DNA of 64,000 bases from Piromyces finnis finn (GCA_002104945.1 MCFH01000028.1:124001-188000); one strand, 5' to 3'. Counted from the stretch's first letter, positions 1-17,381 are shown. Notes: generated from the sequence alone by a model not told the origin. Program-made: numbers and translations.

Positions 1-3000
1 GATGTTGGATAACATATCGTAATAAAACAGCATACTATCCTTTAAGATGACACATTATTATGATGTATCATCATCATATGAATTGAATATTATAAGAAAG
101 GTTTCATTATAAATATAGAGTATAAATTTCATTATCTCATTATCATCATTATTTCTATTTATGTCTATAAAGTTTAAAAACTTTTTAAGGTTTGATGTAT
201 TAGCAATGTATAATCAAAAATGAAACCAATAATTATTATTATTATTACAAAATAGATTAATTTTTATTAAATTAATAATCATTAAAAATTATACATTAAT
301 CTTTAAAAATAATGCTTTTAAATAGAAAACACATTTTTTATTTATAAAAGCAAATAATAAACATTAACTCTATTATTTTTCTATTAGCATCAAAACATGC
401 AAACAAGCAAATCTATGAATAAAATAAAAATAAATAAAATTATGATTTATTTAAAAACTCAGCAAAAGTGAATTTCATTTATAAAATTATTAAAAAATTT
501 TAATTTATTTTGTATCACATATTTATATTAAATTATCATATTTAATATATATTTTTTATTATTTAAAGTTCAATTTATTATTTGTTATCATTTATTTCTT
601 CCTTTTCTGTAAATTTACATAGAAAACATGGTTACACCAATCCATCTTTAAACTATACTATTGTATCATATATTAATAATATGAATTATTAATAATGATG
701 GAATAATAGAAAAAGAAATAATATTATATAAGTTTGATATAATAATAGAAATAATATCATTTTATAATTATTAAAAGAATAAAATAATTCTTACAATTAC
801 TATTTTTATTATTTTATTATCATTGCTATGGTTAATGAATTCTTTTTTTTTTTTTCACTATTGATATATTATATATTAGTAATATAAATAAATGCTGAAT
901 CATTCCATGTATCATCATCATTGGCCAAGATTTACTTTATCAAGAATTTGACAAATTTAATAGTTTATTCATTTCAATCAATAAAAGAGGATGAATCAAA
1001 ATATTTACTTTGTTAATATAAATAATGATTATTGATCTAAATTGATCTATATGAAAATAATAAATTTTAATAATGAATAATAAAAAAATAATAGATTGGA
1101 TTAAAACTTATTACAATAAAATAAATATTCTATACATTGAATTATAATAAAAAGATACCTTTGAATAATAAAAAAGAGTTTTACTCTTTGTTAAAAGATG
1201 AACTTTTTTTTTTTTTGATCCCAAAAATTTAATTTTTAAAAATGTATCCTAAATTTAAAATATAAACTTTATTTATTATAATTTAATATAAATAATAGTA
1301 ATAAAAATAAATTAAAAATGTTAATATATCAAAAAATTTTCCTTTTTAGGTAAAATATTTTTAAAATTTTAATTCACTATTTATTAATAATTTATTTCAA
1401 TATATTTATCGTTTATTTAATATATAAATTATTAATTTAAATTATTTAATTATAATATATTAAAAAAATCATATCTTTCAAAAAAAAAAAGTGTGGAAAG
1501 AGAACTATAGGAAACATAAAGGAAATATTGAACTATACAATAGAGAATCAAAATTTTCATTAGGAAGTAGGTATAATGACAATAATAATTTTTATTCTAT
1601 TGAAGCTGTTTTATATCTGTTTTAAACTGTAGAGATTAAAATACCATCATTAATAACTCTAAAGATTATCTTCTTTTTTTATATATTTAAATTTCCTTTC
1701 AGAGTAAATTTAAATTTAAGCGGCAACTTTTTAAAAAATCGATAATTACTAATTGCTATAAACTGGTGCATTATAAACGCTATATAGATATTATTATAAA
1801 TATTATGACTATTGTGTTATAAATTATTATTATAATTATTATTAATATTAAATATAACAAATATAAATATTGTAAACTATTATTATAAGGATGATTGAGA
1901 TGGATAGCTTAATTAGGTGGCAATGTGAATTAATTTCCTACCAGAAATTTTTCTTTTGATTGTAAAAATAAAGGAGTAATGGTAATAATCACTTTCAAAA
2001 ATATTGGCCTATATTTTAATAGAATTTAAAGTATATTAACATGGAATGTTATATAATACTTTTTGTTTAAACAACTAATTATTAATTCTTTTTACTAAAA
2101 ACCATTAAAGGTTTTCCTATCAAAATAGCAAAAAGGATTTTTATTGTTTTTCTTTAACCGCGCTAATAATACCTTTTATCTAATCAAACTTTTTTGTTAA
2201 AATTGTTCGTATACATTATTCAAAATGTATACATTCATTATGGCTTAAAAATAAAGAAAATAGAATAAAATAATAAAGAATATACTTTACCATATATTAA
2301 TCATTTATTAATTTTAAAAAAAAGTTTAAATTGTTCAAAAAAAAAAGAATTAATTCTTTTTAAATGGGATCTCCATTTTAAAGTATATTATAATATATAT
2401 TTTAATAAATTTATAATATGTTTCAATAATTTTTATATATTTATTTATATTATATTAATATATTATTCACATATATTATTTATTATTAATGGTAGTACAA
2501 ATGAAGAATTATGCAAAATAATAATTATTAGAGTTTATTATCAAATTGAAGGATCAATGGATATAAATATGAATTCATTGTTTTTAATTTTATACTTTTT
2601 TTTTTTTTATTTAAACAAATAAGAAATTTAAAAAGTGAATAGATAAATAAAATAATAATTAAATAATTCATGTGGGAATTAAAAAAAATTAATTACTAAA
2701 TAATAAAAAAAAATAAACAAAATTTTAATATTAAAAAAAAAAATTTTTTTTAACCGTTTTTATATTAAATAGAAAAAAAAAAATTTTTTTTCATATAAAA
2801 AATAAATAATATCCATAAAAAATTAAAACTTTTTTTTTTTTTTGAAATCTTTACATTTTATATGTTAGTAGTTGTTGTAAGAAAAAAAAAAAAGTTAAAA
2901 ATAGAATGCTAAACTAATATAAAGAAAAAAAAATAATACCAAATTGAATATAAAGATATACACTACTAATAATATAAAAATAATGAAAAGCAATTGACAC

Positions 3001-3427
3001 TCCTTTACAATTTAATAATAATATTTGATAAATATAATAATACAAGGAAAAATTAAATTTTATAATTTATTAAAACTTTTGCGTCGTATTTAAGAATTTG
3101 ATATCTTAAATACTATATACAGTTGTATATAATATATAAAATATCACTTTTTTTAATTGAATAAAAATAAACAACAACAGTTTAAAACACCAAAATACGC
3201 TTTTTATTTTTTAAACACAGAATTTAAATAAAAAGAAAAAAAAAGAAAAAACACCATACACACCAACATATACATTCTATTTATTAAAAAATATCCATTA
3301 TAATAGATATTATTTAATTATTTATTTATTAATTAATTGTGTAATTAATAAAAGAAGAAGAAAAAAAATAAGTAAAAAAAAAAAAAAATTAAAAGAAATA
3401 GTAATTCCTTTAAAAAAAAGTATAAAC

Positions 3428-6400
3428 ATGAGTTATTTAAATACCAATTTAGAAAAACAAAAATTAAAACAACAATCTCCTTCAAACCTCTCTTCATACA
3501 TTAATACCTATATTTCATCTTATATTGATAATTATTTAAACAATGAGGAAGATGTTTATGAGGAGAAAAGTCATGAAAAAAACCGTTTTAATTATTTTGG
3601 TTCTTTTGAAAATTCCTTCCTTCAAGAGGAAAATTCACCAAAAATGAAACCAATAAAAAATCTTAACATGCCACTAGATAATACAAAAAGTATGTATACT
3701 TTTTTTTTTATAATAGTAGTAGTGATAGTGAAGGTAGTGGATAGTTGACATAGTAGAATTGCCATAATAAATAATAAGTATTAAAGTGAAATAATAGATT
3801 ACTAATAATAAATAATAATAGAAGAATAGTTTAGTAGTAATAATAGTAGTAGTTATATAATAGGGATAGTAATAGTAAGAATAAAAAAAATAAATTTTAA
3901 ATAAAAACCAACAAGTTTTTTATAATCTATGAAAATATATTATTATATAAAAATATATTTAAATAATATTTTACAATATTAATAATACTAACAAAAAAAA
4001 TTAAAAAAAATTGTTAATAACACTTTATATGTTTCTAGTTAATAATAATCGTCATCATCCAGTTGAAAAGGAAGAGAAATATCGTTTTAAAACCAGTTAT
4101 TACAATAGATTAATGTCTGATGAAAGTAGAACATCCACTCCAACATTAACAGAAAGTGATAATTATTCTTCTACAGATAATACTAATAGAAATTCAGAAA
4201 AAACATTAAATGGTGAGAGGGATGATTCAGCAACCTTTGGAGAAGAAGAATATTACACACCTGAAGAACAAATTTATTATTATCATGAAAAAGATATTGA
4301 TATTTATTCAAAGAAAAGTAATGTAAGTGGTGCCGAATACTCTGACGAATACAATGATGAGTATAAAAATAAAATTCAAGATTATAGAAGGCGTCCAGCC
4401 GAAAAGAATAGATTATTTAGAGATAAGGTATATCAAGAAAAAAATAATAATAGAAAAGATAATGGTTATAATGATAAAGATCGCTATCACGATGATGATG
4501 ATGATCTTTATAGAAATGAAGAAAAGGAGGATTATAAAACAAGTACAAAATATAATAAAGATGAGGAAGATTATAGGGATAATGACGATAGAAAAGAAGA
4601 AAATTATTATAATGATAGAAATTATTATAAAGATGATAAAAGGGATAACAAAGAGTATGGAGAAAGAGATGACTATTACGATGATAACTACAAAGAAAAA
4701 GATCGTAAAGAGAATTTTAGAGAATATCCAAGACACAGTCAATCTGTAACCGGAAATATAAACACCATTAAACGTTCATCCAGTAATAGAAGTAGTATTA
4801 GAGATAATCAATCCATTACTGAAAGCGTCACCTCAATTACTCGTATACCTAGAAATGCTTCATTAACTAATCGTTTAAGAAATAATATATCTCCTCAATA
4901 TATTCAATCAACAAACCCTGCTTGGAATACACTTTCCCTTCCAAGATCAAGTAGTGTCAGATCCAAACAAATTTATCCAGAAGAAGCTCCTAAAAAGAAG
5001 ATTAGTTTTTTCAACCATCCTTTAAAATTCATAAAGAGATTAACCGGATCAGATAAGAATTCAAAAATGAATAAGGAAACAAACAATATGTATATGGAAT
5101 CAATTCATAGAACTTCTTCTCGTCAAAGTGTAAATTCTGTACGTAGTTCTGTTCCAAGTTTAAACTCTAATTCCAGTATTGCTGTTCCAATGATGAATCA
5201 AATCAACCCATTGAGACATCAAAACCCAATTCAAAGTCCAATACAATATTCAACTCAATCCCCATATCCAATGTCATCATCCTCTTCCATTAAAATTCAA
5301 AGTTCAATGCAGCAACCATTAAGATCACAAAGTCCTGTACAACCTTTACATTTACAATCGCCAATGCAACAACCAGGTCGTCCCCAAAGTCCAATTTATC
5401 GTCCACAATCACCAATTCGTCCCCAAAGTCCAATTCATCGTTCACAATCTCCTAGTCAACCTCTCCTCTCTCAAACCACGGCGGTTCCATTTGAAGCTTC
5501 ACAAGGAAAAACGACCCAAATTTCTAGTCCATTAATGAGATCTAATAGTTATTCCACACCAAATAATACCCCTCAATACCAAATTATTGATCGTAAATAT
5601 TCAACCATTGAACGTAAACAGAAATCTACTCCTATTCTTAAAGAAAAGAAAGGTTTGAACTATTTTGGTTTATATAGTTCTGATGAAGAAGAAAATGAAA
5701 AAGAATTAATAGAAAATTATTCCAATGATACTATTACTTCTGCAACTGTTAAGAATCATAATGCTATAACAAAGCCATTTTCCAATATGATGAATTATTT
5801 AAGAATAACAAAAGGTACCAGTGAAAGAACCAAAGCCTCTAATGCTGGTACTGATGATTCTCAACAACAAGATTCATCTAATGCCAGTGAAACTATCCTT
5901 AAAAATACTAATGAAAAGAACTCACCTACTGCAGTTTCTGAACTTCTTAGAAGAAATAGTTCCAGAGTTAGTCGTTCAAGTAAAACAAGTTCCACTAGAA
6001 ATCCATCTCCTGTACATAATAATTCTTTATTATCAGCACCTTCTCAAACACCAATTTTATTAACACCAATTATGACATCTACTAATCCTATTAGCCCTTC
6101 ACCAATACTAGCAACCGTTAACAGTAAGTCCCTCTTATAAATAATAATAATTTAATATACAAGGCACACCACTAGTTTTTTTTTTTTCCCCACCTATAAT
6201 TTATATATAATATTAATTTAAAAAAAATTTTTTTTTAAATTTATATTTATAGATATCCAAGGAAATCAATTTATTGCATCACCCACCCTTAAAAATGTTA
6301 ATATTAATAATCAAATGAGTTCACCTTCCATTCTTTTAGCACCAGTAATCACTTCCAATGCAGATGATAAAACTTCCACTCAATGCTATTCACCAATTCC

Positions 6401-8048
6401 GGTATTAATTTCAAATCTTCCAATACAAACTACCACAACTACACAACCTACCGTCTCTTCTGAAAGTAATATAAAATCAGTCAATACCAAAGGTAATCCT
6501 GATAATCTTATTAACTTTGAAAACAAACCTCAAAATAAAAATCAAACTCAAATGAATACACAACGCCATTCCAGTGTAAATAAAATTGGTAAATGTTTAT
6601 CTTTCTATAAATGTAGTCATGATAAAAAGAAAAGTAAGCAGGATAAAAGACTTTCTGATATTGATAGACTTCACAGCCCAAATATTAGTATGTCAAGTGC
6701 TAATATTAATCTAAGTACAAGTAGCAATGGTAATAATGTTTGTTATTTAAGAAGTAGTAAACCAAAACCAGTTAAAAAGAATTATGATCAAGAAAATGTA
6801 TTACCAAATACCCCAAGTATTATTATGGATAATTTTAGTGAATTTAGTGATAGTGATGCTAGTGAAGATCATAAAGATTATAAAATTTATAATTTTAATT
6901 GTGATAATGGTTCCGAAAGTTCTTCCCTCCATCTTAGTTTGGGTTATAATAGAGAACGTCAAAGTTTAAGTCGTAGTCGTAGTGCCAAAAGTCGTAGTAC
7001 TCTTGGACCAAATCATAGAAGTCAAAGTCGTGGACGTGGTCTCGTAAATCAAAGTCATAGCAGTCGTCGTAGTAGAAGTATTAGTCGTGGTCGTCTTAGT
7101 CAAAGACGTAGAAGTATAAGTCGTGGTTTTACCGCTAGATCTGGCCGTAGTCGTGGTCGCAGTCTTAGAAGTCGCAGAAGAAGTCGTAGTCAGAGTCGTA
7201 ATCGTCGTCATTGTCATATTAGAAGTTATCAAGATGTCTATCGTTGTGATGAGACAGCTTATTCAGATCGTGATGATCATGATGATGATAAGGAATTAAT
7301 ATATACCGAAAAGGATTATAGCAACACTAAGGATAATAATGATGATGATGAATATATTAATTATGACTATCGTGAACAAGACTCTCGTGATCAAGAATAC
7401 AGAGAACACGATTCCCGTGAACAAACATACAGAGAACAAGATTCCCATGAACAAGCATACAGAGAACAAGATTACCGTGAACAATACAGAGAACAAGATT
7501 CCCATGAACAAGAGTATCGCGAACAAGATTCCCGTGAACAAGAATATAGCGAACACGATTATCATGATAAAACTTATAGCGATCGTGACTATAGTGATCG
7601 TGACTATAGTGATCGTGACTATAGTGATCGTGAATACAGTCAAAGAAACTACAATAGACATAGTCGTAGCGATCGTGATGACAGTAGTATGTCCAATGAA
7701 CAAGAATATACTCATCGTGATTATAGTGAATATGGCTATAATGAAAGTACTTATAATACCACTAGTAATTATTATGATAATACCACTACCAGTAATATTT
7801 ATATTAAACAATATGCACATAAAAGTCTTTACAGTGACTTAAATGATAGTAGTGACTACAATGATACTCGAATGTACACAAATTCTACTACAATGGAATC
7901 CAGTAGAAGATACCAAAATTATACCACTACTGTGACATCCGAAAAAAGTGTAGATGATCTTTATGAACAAAATACGGATGATTTATTATCTGCTCATTAT
8001 GAAGATATTAATTCTGTTATTGATAACTATGATAAATCTATTAATTAA
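3428..8048 (+). CDS. Large (~1380 aa) low-complexity orphan protein with acidic, Ser/Pro/Gln, RS-rich and tandem-repeat blocks; 3 exons (3428-3689, 4039-6123, 6253-8048)
   Basis: Three long ORFs join in frame through GT-AG introns (AA|GTATGT..TTCTAG, ACA|GTAAGT..TTATAG; both phase 1). No recognisable folded domain. Confidence 0.8.
7365..7640 (+). repeat. Coding tandem repeats: ~30-bp units (YREQDSxEQx) followed by 15-bp units ATAGTGATCGTGACT (YSDRD)
   Basis: Directly visible in DNA and in the translation of ORF 6315..8048. Confidence 0.9.
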
Positions 8049-10917
8049 AACCTAATCGTTGTCATAGTATAAAAATTTTTTTACCATCTTTTTTCTTTAA
8101 ACTTTTTTTTAATTTTATGTTTCTTTTTCATTTCAATCCTTTTTTCTATGTTAATTTTATATAGAAAAAGAATTGAAATTAAAAAAAAATTTTTTTAATT
8201 TAATACTATAAAATTAATGATGTCTTTTTTTTTTTATTATTATTATTATTACTCAACAAAGTATACTATCTATTATAACTTATAATAATAGATATTTTTT
8301 TTATAATTTGAATTTTTTTTTTTATTTTTCAAATCATTTGGTCATGTTATTTATTATAAAAACTTTTAAATAATAATACACTTTTTACCAAAATATATAA
8401 ATAATTCTATTCACAAAACAAAGCAAAACACAACAAAAAATTTACACACACAATCTATTTAGAAAATCAAAAAAAAAAAAAAAAGGAAAAAAAAAAAAAC
8501 ATTAAGCAAAAGTATAAAAAGTAAAATATATATATATACGCAATAATCAATCATCAATCATAAGCAACAAAAACAATTGTCAAGGATAATACATGTCAGT
8601 GAAAGGAAAACAACTTTATATTCAACTTACTATTATAATGAATTATAAATTAAAGAAAAAATTTTTAATGAAATGATAAACCGCTTATACAGCAATAATA
8701 ACAAATGTCATCCATATTTAAATATTTATTTTAATTTTCTTACATTCATGATACATATTATCCAAATACAGAGTTTTTATTTAAAAAAAAAAACAAAAAA
8801 CAAAAAGCTATTTATTATCGCAATTAATAATGAAAAAGAAAACCATGTCAAATCTTTTTATGTAGAAAAAAAAATATAATATTATAAAAAAAAAAAAAAA
8901 GATATTCCTATACTATTGATAAGAATTATTTATTTTTTTTTTTTTTTCTATCATTGTACTTTAATACCGAAAAAAAAAAAAAAAATACAATTACACACTA
9001 TCTAAAAAAAAAAATAGTTAATATTATTATTAAATTGTAATTTACAAAAATTGTAATACTTCAAGCAATATTTATAGTATTCTTTAGTACTTTTCTTTGT
9101 AAGTAATAATTATATAGAAGAATAATTATTATATGTAAAGTAACACACAACTTTGAAATGGATCATTCATCTTTTTTTTTTTTCAATTTTAATTTTTAAA
9201 ATTTATTTTTTTTTTTCACATCTTTTTTTATTTTTGATTAGTTAGATCAGTCAAATAGAATATAGAACAGTTTAAATTAGTTTACTCTATAGAAAAAGTT
9301 TTTTTTTATTAGTATTATTAGTATTTTTTTTTTCAATCTTTTTTTTTTTTTTTTATTTTTAAATCATTGTAATATTTTAAAATAAATTGTTTTAAATAAA
9401 TAAAAAAAATGATAAAAACTTTAAAAAATGCCTTTTTTTTTTTTTTTTTTTAATTTCATGTGTACTAATGCTATTGATAAAATAAAGCATTTTTTTTGAT
9501 AAAGTTAATGTTCAAGATTGGCGTTAATGTTAATTTTTTTTTTAATTACATCTCATGACCCCAATTTTAAACCTTTCTTTTTTAAAGAGTATAATACTAT
9601 AGTATATAATATTATATTTATTATCCTCATAAAATAGTGGCCTTTCCTACTTTAATTTTTTTTTTTTTTTTTTTTAATAATACATCATCATCATCACTTT
9701 TTCATCTAGTTTTCTTTTTTTTTTTAATTTATGTCAAATTTTGTGTCAAACTTTTTTTGTGTCAAAAAATTTTTTAATTAAAAGGTATCAAAAATAAATA
9801 TTAGTCATTAAATAAAAAATAATAATACTAATAATACTAAATGACAAAGGACTTTTTTTTTTATGACTAACATACATACTATTAATGAAAAATTGTTTAT
9901 TCCTCTTTAAAAAAAAAAAAAACTTTTCTTTATATTATATGCCTTTTTTATTTTCGATTTAGTTATTTACAAAGGATTAGTGGCTAAGTAATTGAAATGT
10001 TATATTTTTATTATATAAGCCACATTCTATTATATTACATAAATGATAGAATACCAATCAAATCAATAATGTAATACAATGTGTATTATCAATTTAATTT
10101 CATTTATTCACCATACAATGTTAATATGAACATTGTATGGTGAATAATTTCTTATGTTGAACATTGTAATGGTTTTTAAAAAAGGAGTCTTTTTTTTATT
10201 ATTATTATTATTATTGATTTATTTGTTTGTTTGTTATAATAATAATGGTATTTCATAATGAATAAAATATATTTTAATATTAATAATGAAATAATTCCTT
10301 TATATATTTTAAAAATAATAAATATCTAAAAATAAAAAAAAAAGGTTTTTACCTATTCCAAGGAAAAAAAAAGTGGTACAGTTTTTAATAACAATTTTTT
10401 TTTTGTTTTTTATTATTTAAAAAAAAAAATAAAAATTAATTTAAATTTTTTTAATTATTGGTCACATGGCCTTTTTTTTTTTTTTTACTATTATTAATAA
10501 ATTAAAAAAAAATATAAAAATATTCAAAATTTTCTTTTTTTTTTTTTTTTTTTTTAATTTTATATTTTAATTATTAAATTTTATTACAAATAAGTCAATC
10601 TCTATCCAAACAAAAGATTAATTATAGAAAATTTGTTAATAAATTTAATAAATAAAACACTTTTTATATACCATAAATATCGTTTTAATTTCATAAAGAA
10701 TAAAACGTATATATATAATATAATATCAAATAAACTCTATTATAATCAAAAAACTATCAGCTTTTTTAAATTTTTAATTAACATACCTTAAATTATCATT
10801 TTTCTAAATTATTTTTTAGATCTATACCATTTTTAAAAACTTTAATTTAAGAAAATAAAAAAGAAATTAAACTACATTTCATATTTAAAATAAATTATAA
10901 TACTATACTAATTAAAA

Positions 10918-11718
10918 ATGTCAAATCGTAATCAATTTTTGGATGATAATGCAATGGCTGATCCTGATCAATTATTATTATCTATATTTAAAACTACTGC
11001 TACAACAGTAACTCAACTTTATAAAGAATCCTTAAATCAAAGTACAAGATCATATAAAAATGGTTATAAACAATGTTTATTGGATATAATGCATTTTGCT
11101 TCTCTACAACAACATCAAAGAAATAATACAAATCAAATAATAAATCCTGGAGACCGAATCGCTTTAACTCTCGATGAATTAATGACTTTTTATAATAATA
11201 AGCAAGCTCAACTAAATTCGTTAGATGAAAATTCTAATCAAAATCATTCTTCTATGACCAATGACAATGAGCTTGATAACAACAACAATAGTACTTTAGC
11301 AGAAAATAATAGTACTAATGAAAATGCTAATAATAATATCGACGATGAAAATAATTATCAAGAAATAAATAACTCGATAGAGTCATCACTTGAACCACTA
11401 CCTACCGAAAACAAAAACATTAATATAAGTTTTAATGCACAACCACAAGCCAATGAAAAACAAAATTTAAAGTCGAATTTTAACTTTTCAAAAGGATTCA
11501 CCTTTAGATTTAATAACGATCAATTTTCACCTGCTTTTAATAATGTAAATATATTTAATCCTCACAATAATGTAAAACGAAGACTTGGAAATGTTCCTGA
11601 TACCATTGATTTTCTAGGAAGAACTTTTAATTTTAACAACTTTCCAAATGATATAGATGTACAACCACCACCTTTTAAAAGAAATAAATGGAGAAAAGAT
11701 GATCGAATGGCAGAATAA
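10918..11718 (+). CDS. HAPSTR1/C16orf72 (DUF4588)-like protein, single exon, 266 aa
   Basis: N-terminal FKTTATTVTQLYKES..RSYKNGYKQ resembles the HAPSTR1 motif FQNAATAVTNLYKES..RSF..GYQ; basic C-terminal PFKRNK resembles its NLS. Recalled similarity only. Confidence 0.55.
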   Translation: MSNRNQFLDDNAMADPDQLLLSIFKTTATTVTQLYKESLNQSTRSYKNGYKQCLLDIMHFASLQQHQRNNTNQIINPGDRIALTLDELMTFYNNKQAQLNSLDENSNQNHSSMTNDNELDNNNNSTLAENNSTNENANNNIDDENNYQEINNSIESSLEPLPTENKNINISFNAQPQANEKQNLKSNFNFSKGFTFRFNNDQFSPAFNNVNIFNPHNNVKRRLGNVPDTIDFLGRTFNFNNFPNDIDVQPPPFKRNKWRKDDRMAE

Positions 11719-12499
11719 ACATTTTTTATACTATCTACTTATCAATCTCTTTTTTTTTAGTGAACATATTTATTCATAATTAATTTATATTGTTGTAAAA
11801 AACGAAATGCAACAATACAAAGTAAAAGCATATCCATTAATACTAATTCATTTTATTTTATTTAATATAAAATAATTTAAAAAAAAAAATATAAATATAT
11901 TCATTATATTCATTATATACACATAAATATATACATTATTTATTATATCATAATCATTTCTATCTGAAAATAAATCTATAATAATTATATAGAACTAGAC
12001 AAGAAAGTTTTTTTATTTATTTATTTATATTAAATAAATAACAATTATAAAAATAAAACAAATTTGTATAGATTATTAAAAAAAAACCTATATATAAATA
12101 TAAATTAGAAAAATAAGCACTTTATCATCAAGGTATTTTTTCGATACCTTTAATAAAAATATTTATATCAAAAAAAAAAAAAAGAAAGTTTTATATAGAA
12201 TATATAGTCTTTTTTTTTATTTCTTGTCCTTAAAAATGTATATATGTAATATATATATTATATATATATGAAAAGTTTAAAAAAATCGCTATTTAAATTG
12301 AATATTATTATTAAATGAAATACAAAAGTTTAGTATAAAAATTAGATATGGTTTTTGTATATAAAGATTTTAATTGTTTTTAAAGTAACAAAATATAGTA
12401 GACAAATTATAAATAAATAAATAATTTGTTGTTTGAAATAGCGAAAAAAAAAAAAAAAAAAAAGATAGAAAATTGTATTAATGAATGATTATATTTTTA

Positions 12500-12534
<35 letters not shown>

Positions 12535-13513
12535 AAACTATTAAAAAGTTTTCGATTTTAAAATAGTTTTTTTTTATTTGTTCGTAGAGCAAAACTTTAA
12601 AAAGTTTAAAAAAAAAAAAGTTAATGGAGTTATAATCATTTTCAAAAAAAAAAAAAACTTTCTTTTTTCATTATTAACTGGAAATATTTTCTTTTTTACT
12701 TTTTTATTTTTTTTTTTTTTTTGTCTTTATTAATTCATAGTTTTTTTTTTTTTTTTTATTAGTATTAATAATAACAATTCTTTTTTTAATAATAGTGATT
12801 TTATTAAAGTTTGTCAAATTACTCTCTTTTTATCTTAATACTATTTATATTTATAATTTTTTTTTATTATTATTATTCTTTCACTTTATTAATTTATTAT
12901 ATACTAATCTCTTTTTTTTTCAATATTTATTAATTAAAAGTAATTCTAAATCATCTTTTTAACTTTTCTATTTATTCAATTATTTAAAAAAACTGAAATA
13001 AAAATAAAAAAAATAAAAAAAAAAAAATAATCTTCATATGTGTATTAAACTATTATATAATTCAATTTAGTATTTTTCTTTTCTTTTATAATACAAAATG
13101 ATAATTATTCATAAGTTATATGTTATTATTATCCTTATTATTTGTATATACATAATAATAAAAAGCATTGTTTTTATAAAGGAATAAAGAGGTACTATTT
13201 TAAAGTATTTTTATTTTTAAAACTAAAATATAAAAGAAATAATAAAAGTCAGTCATGATTGAATATTGTTTTTAATATAAAAAATAGTTATTATAAATAA
13301 CATCTTTTATATATATAATTGATAACTGCTTTGTAAAGTTTTTTTTCTCTTCCTTATATAATGGCATGATAACATATTTAACAATTTGACTGTGTTTTAA
13401 TCTTTGCTTTTTTTTTTTTAAAAGTGAACTTTTTTTTCTAACCTAAAATTTTGATTTATATAAAATAAAAAAATTTTTTTAATTAATTTTTTTTTTATAA
13501 ATTTTGATCAAAA

Positions 13514-13549
<36 letters not shown>

Positions 13550-13878
13550 CATTTTTTATTAAATTATTCCTATTTAATAATTGAAAAAAAAAAAGGTAAA
13601 AAAAAAATAAAAGATTGAAATTGAAATTTTGATACATTCTAATTAATAAATATTAACTATAAACTTTGGAAATAAAAAATATTGAAAATAAAAATCAATA
13701 AATGTGTGAAATTTAAATCATTTAAAAAGAAAGTAAAGTTTAATAATAGGGTAGTAATAATAAGAAGAAGAATAAAAAAATTACTATTGAAAAATATATA
13801 TAAAAATAAAAGGGAAAAAAAAATTTTTTTTTTCTTATTATATTAAAAAAAACATATATAATTAAAAAAAAAAAAAAA

Positions 13879-16342
<2,464 letters not shown>

Positions 16343-17062
16343 ATTCTAAAATTTAATTCAAAACTATGAAAAAAAAAAAAATTTTTTTTTTATACCTTTC
16401 TTTTAAAGATGAAGTAGCAATTAATAAAATGGATAAAAATTGTTATTATCATCTCATTATTATACAAATATAGCAAATAAAATAAATATATATATATATA
16501 TATTAATTAAAAATAAAAAAAATAATTATTAATAATAAATAATAATTGATATAATATTTATAAAATATATTCAAGAAATAACAATTTAAAAAAAAAAAAA
16601 AAGATTTAATATTTATATATCATAATAAAAAAAATGATAATAGAAAGGGTAAAAGAGATGACGTACAAAGTTTAACAATAGAAAAAAGAATATATATAGG
16701 ATTATGATAGAATTATAATTTACTTCAATAGTAAATCTTTATTATCCAATATTTATGAATGAGCAGTAATTTTTAAATTATAAAAACTATAAAAAATGTC
16801 TACTAGAATTATCCTTTTTTTTTTAATATAATTAAAGTTTTCATCATTTATAACAAAAAAATCTTAAATTTAAAAAAAAAGAGTTTAAATTTATTTTTTT
16901 TTTTTTTTTTTTGTTATTTTATATTAATTATATTTCCATCCTAATTTTAATTTATAGTTAATAATATTTTATGGTTTTCCATTTGTTTTTGTTTTTGTTT
17001 TTTTAAGTTTAAACATTTTATTCTATATTAAAATTTATTGATTTTGTTTTTTTTTTTTAAAG

Positions 17063-17108
<46 letters not shown>

Positions 17109-17381
17109 AGTTACCTGAAAATAGTAAAGAATAATTATAATAGATTTATTATTATTATTAAAAAATATTATTCATATAAAATATTTATAATATTTATATC
17201 AATAATTATATCTATTTAAAATACTCTTTTTTTAATTTACTATTAAATTTATTGGTTTTAAAGCATCGAAAATCTCTATAGAATAAAACTTTCTAGTAAA
17301 TATTATATAACAAAAAAGAAAAGAAATATCATTATTATAAAAATAAAAAAATAAAAATAAAAATAAAAATATATATAAATA

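Noticed and set aside
1490-2010. Slightly GC-richer patches with short open frames (e.g. KVWKENYRKHKGNIELY..)
   Set aside because: No recognisable motif, start or splice structure; may be decayed relics but cannot be supported
4327-7842. Overlapping Ile/Met/Thr-rich ORFs on both strands (4327..4749, 4413..4742, 5821..6063, 6784..6969, 6966..7232, 7296..7820, 7339..7842)
   Set aside because: Shadow frames of the low-complexity real gene, with no independent coding signal
8673-8879. 68-aa ORF in the intergenic region
   Set aside because: AT-rich, A-run-derived composition with no splice or motif support
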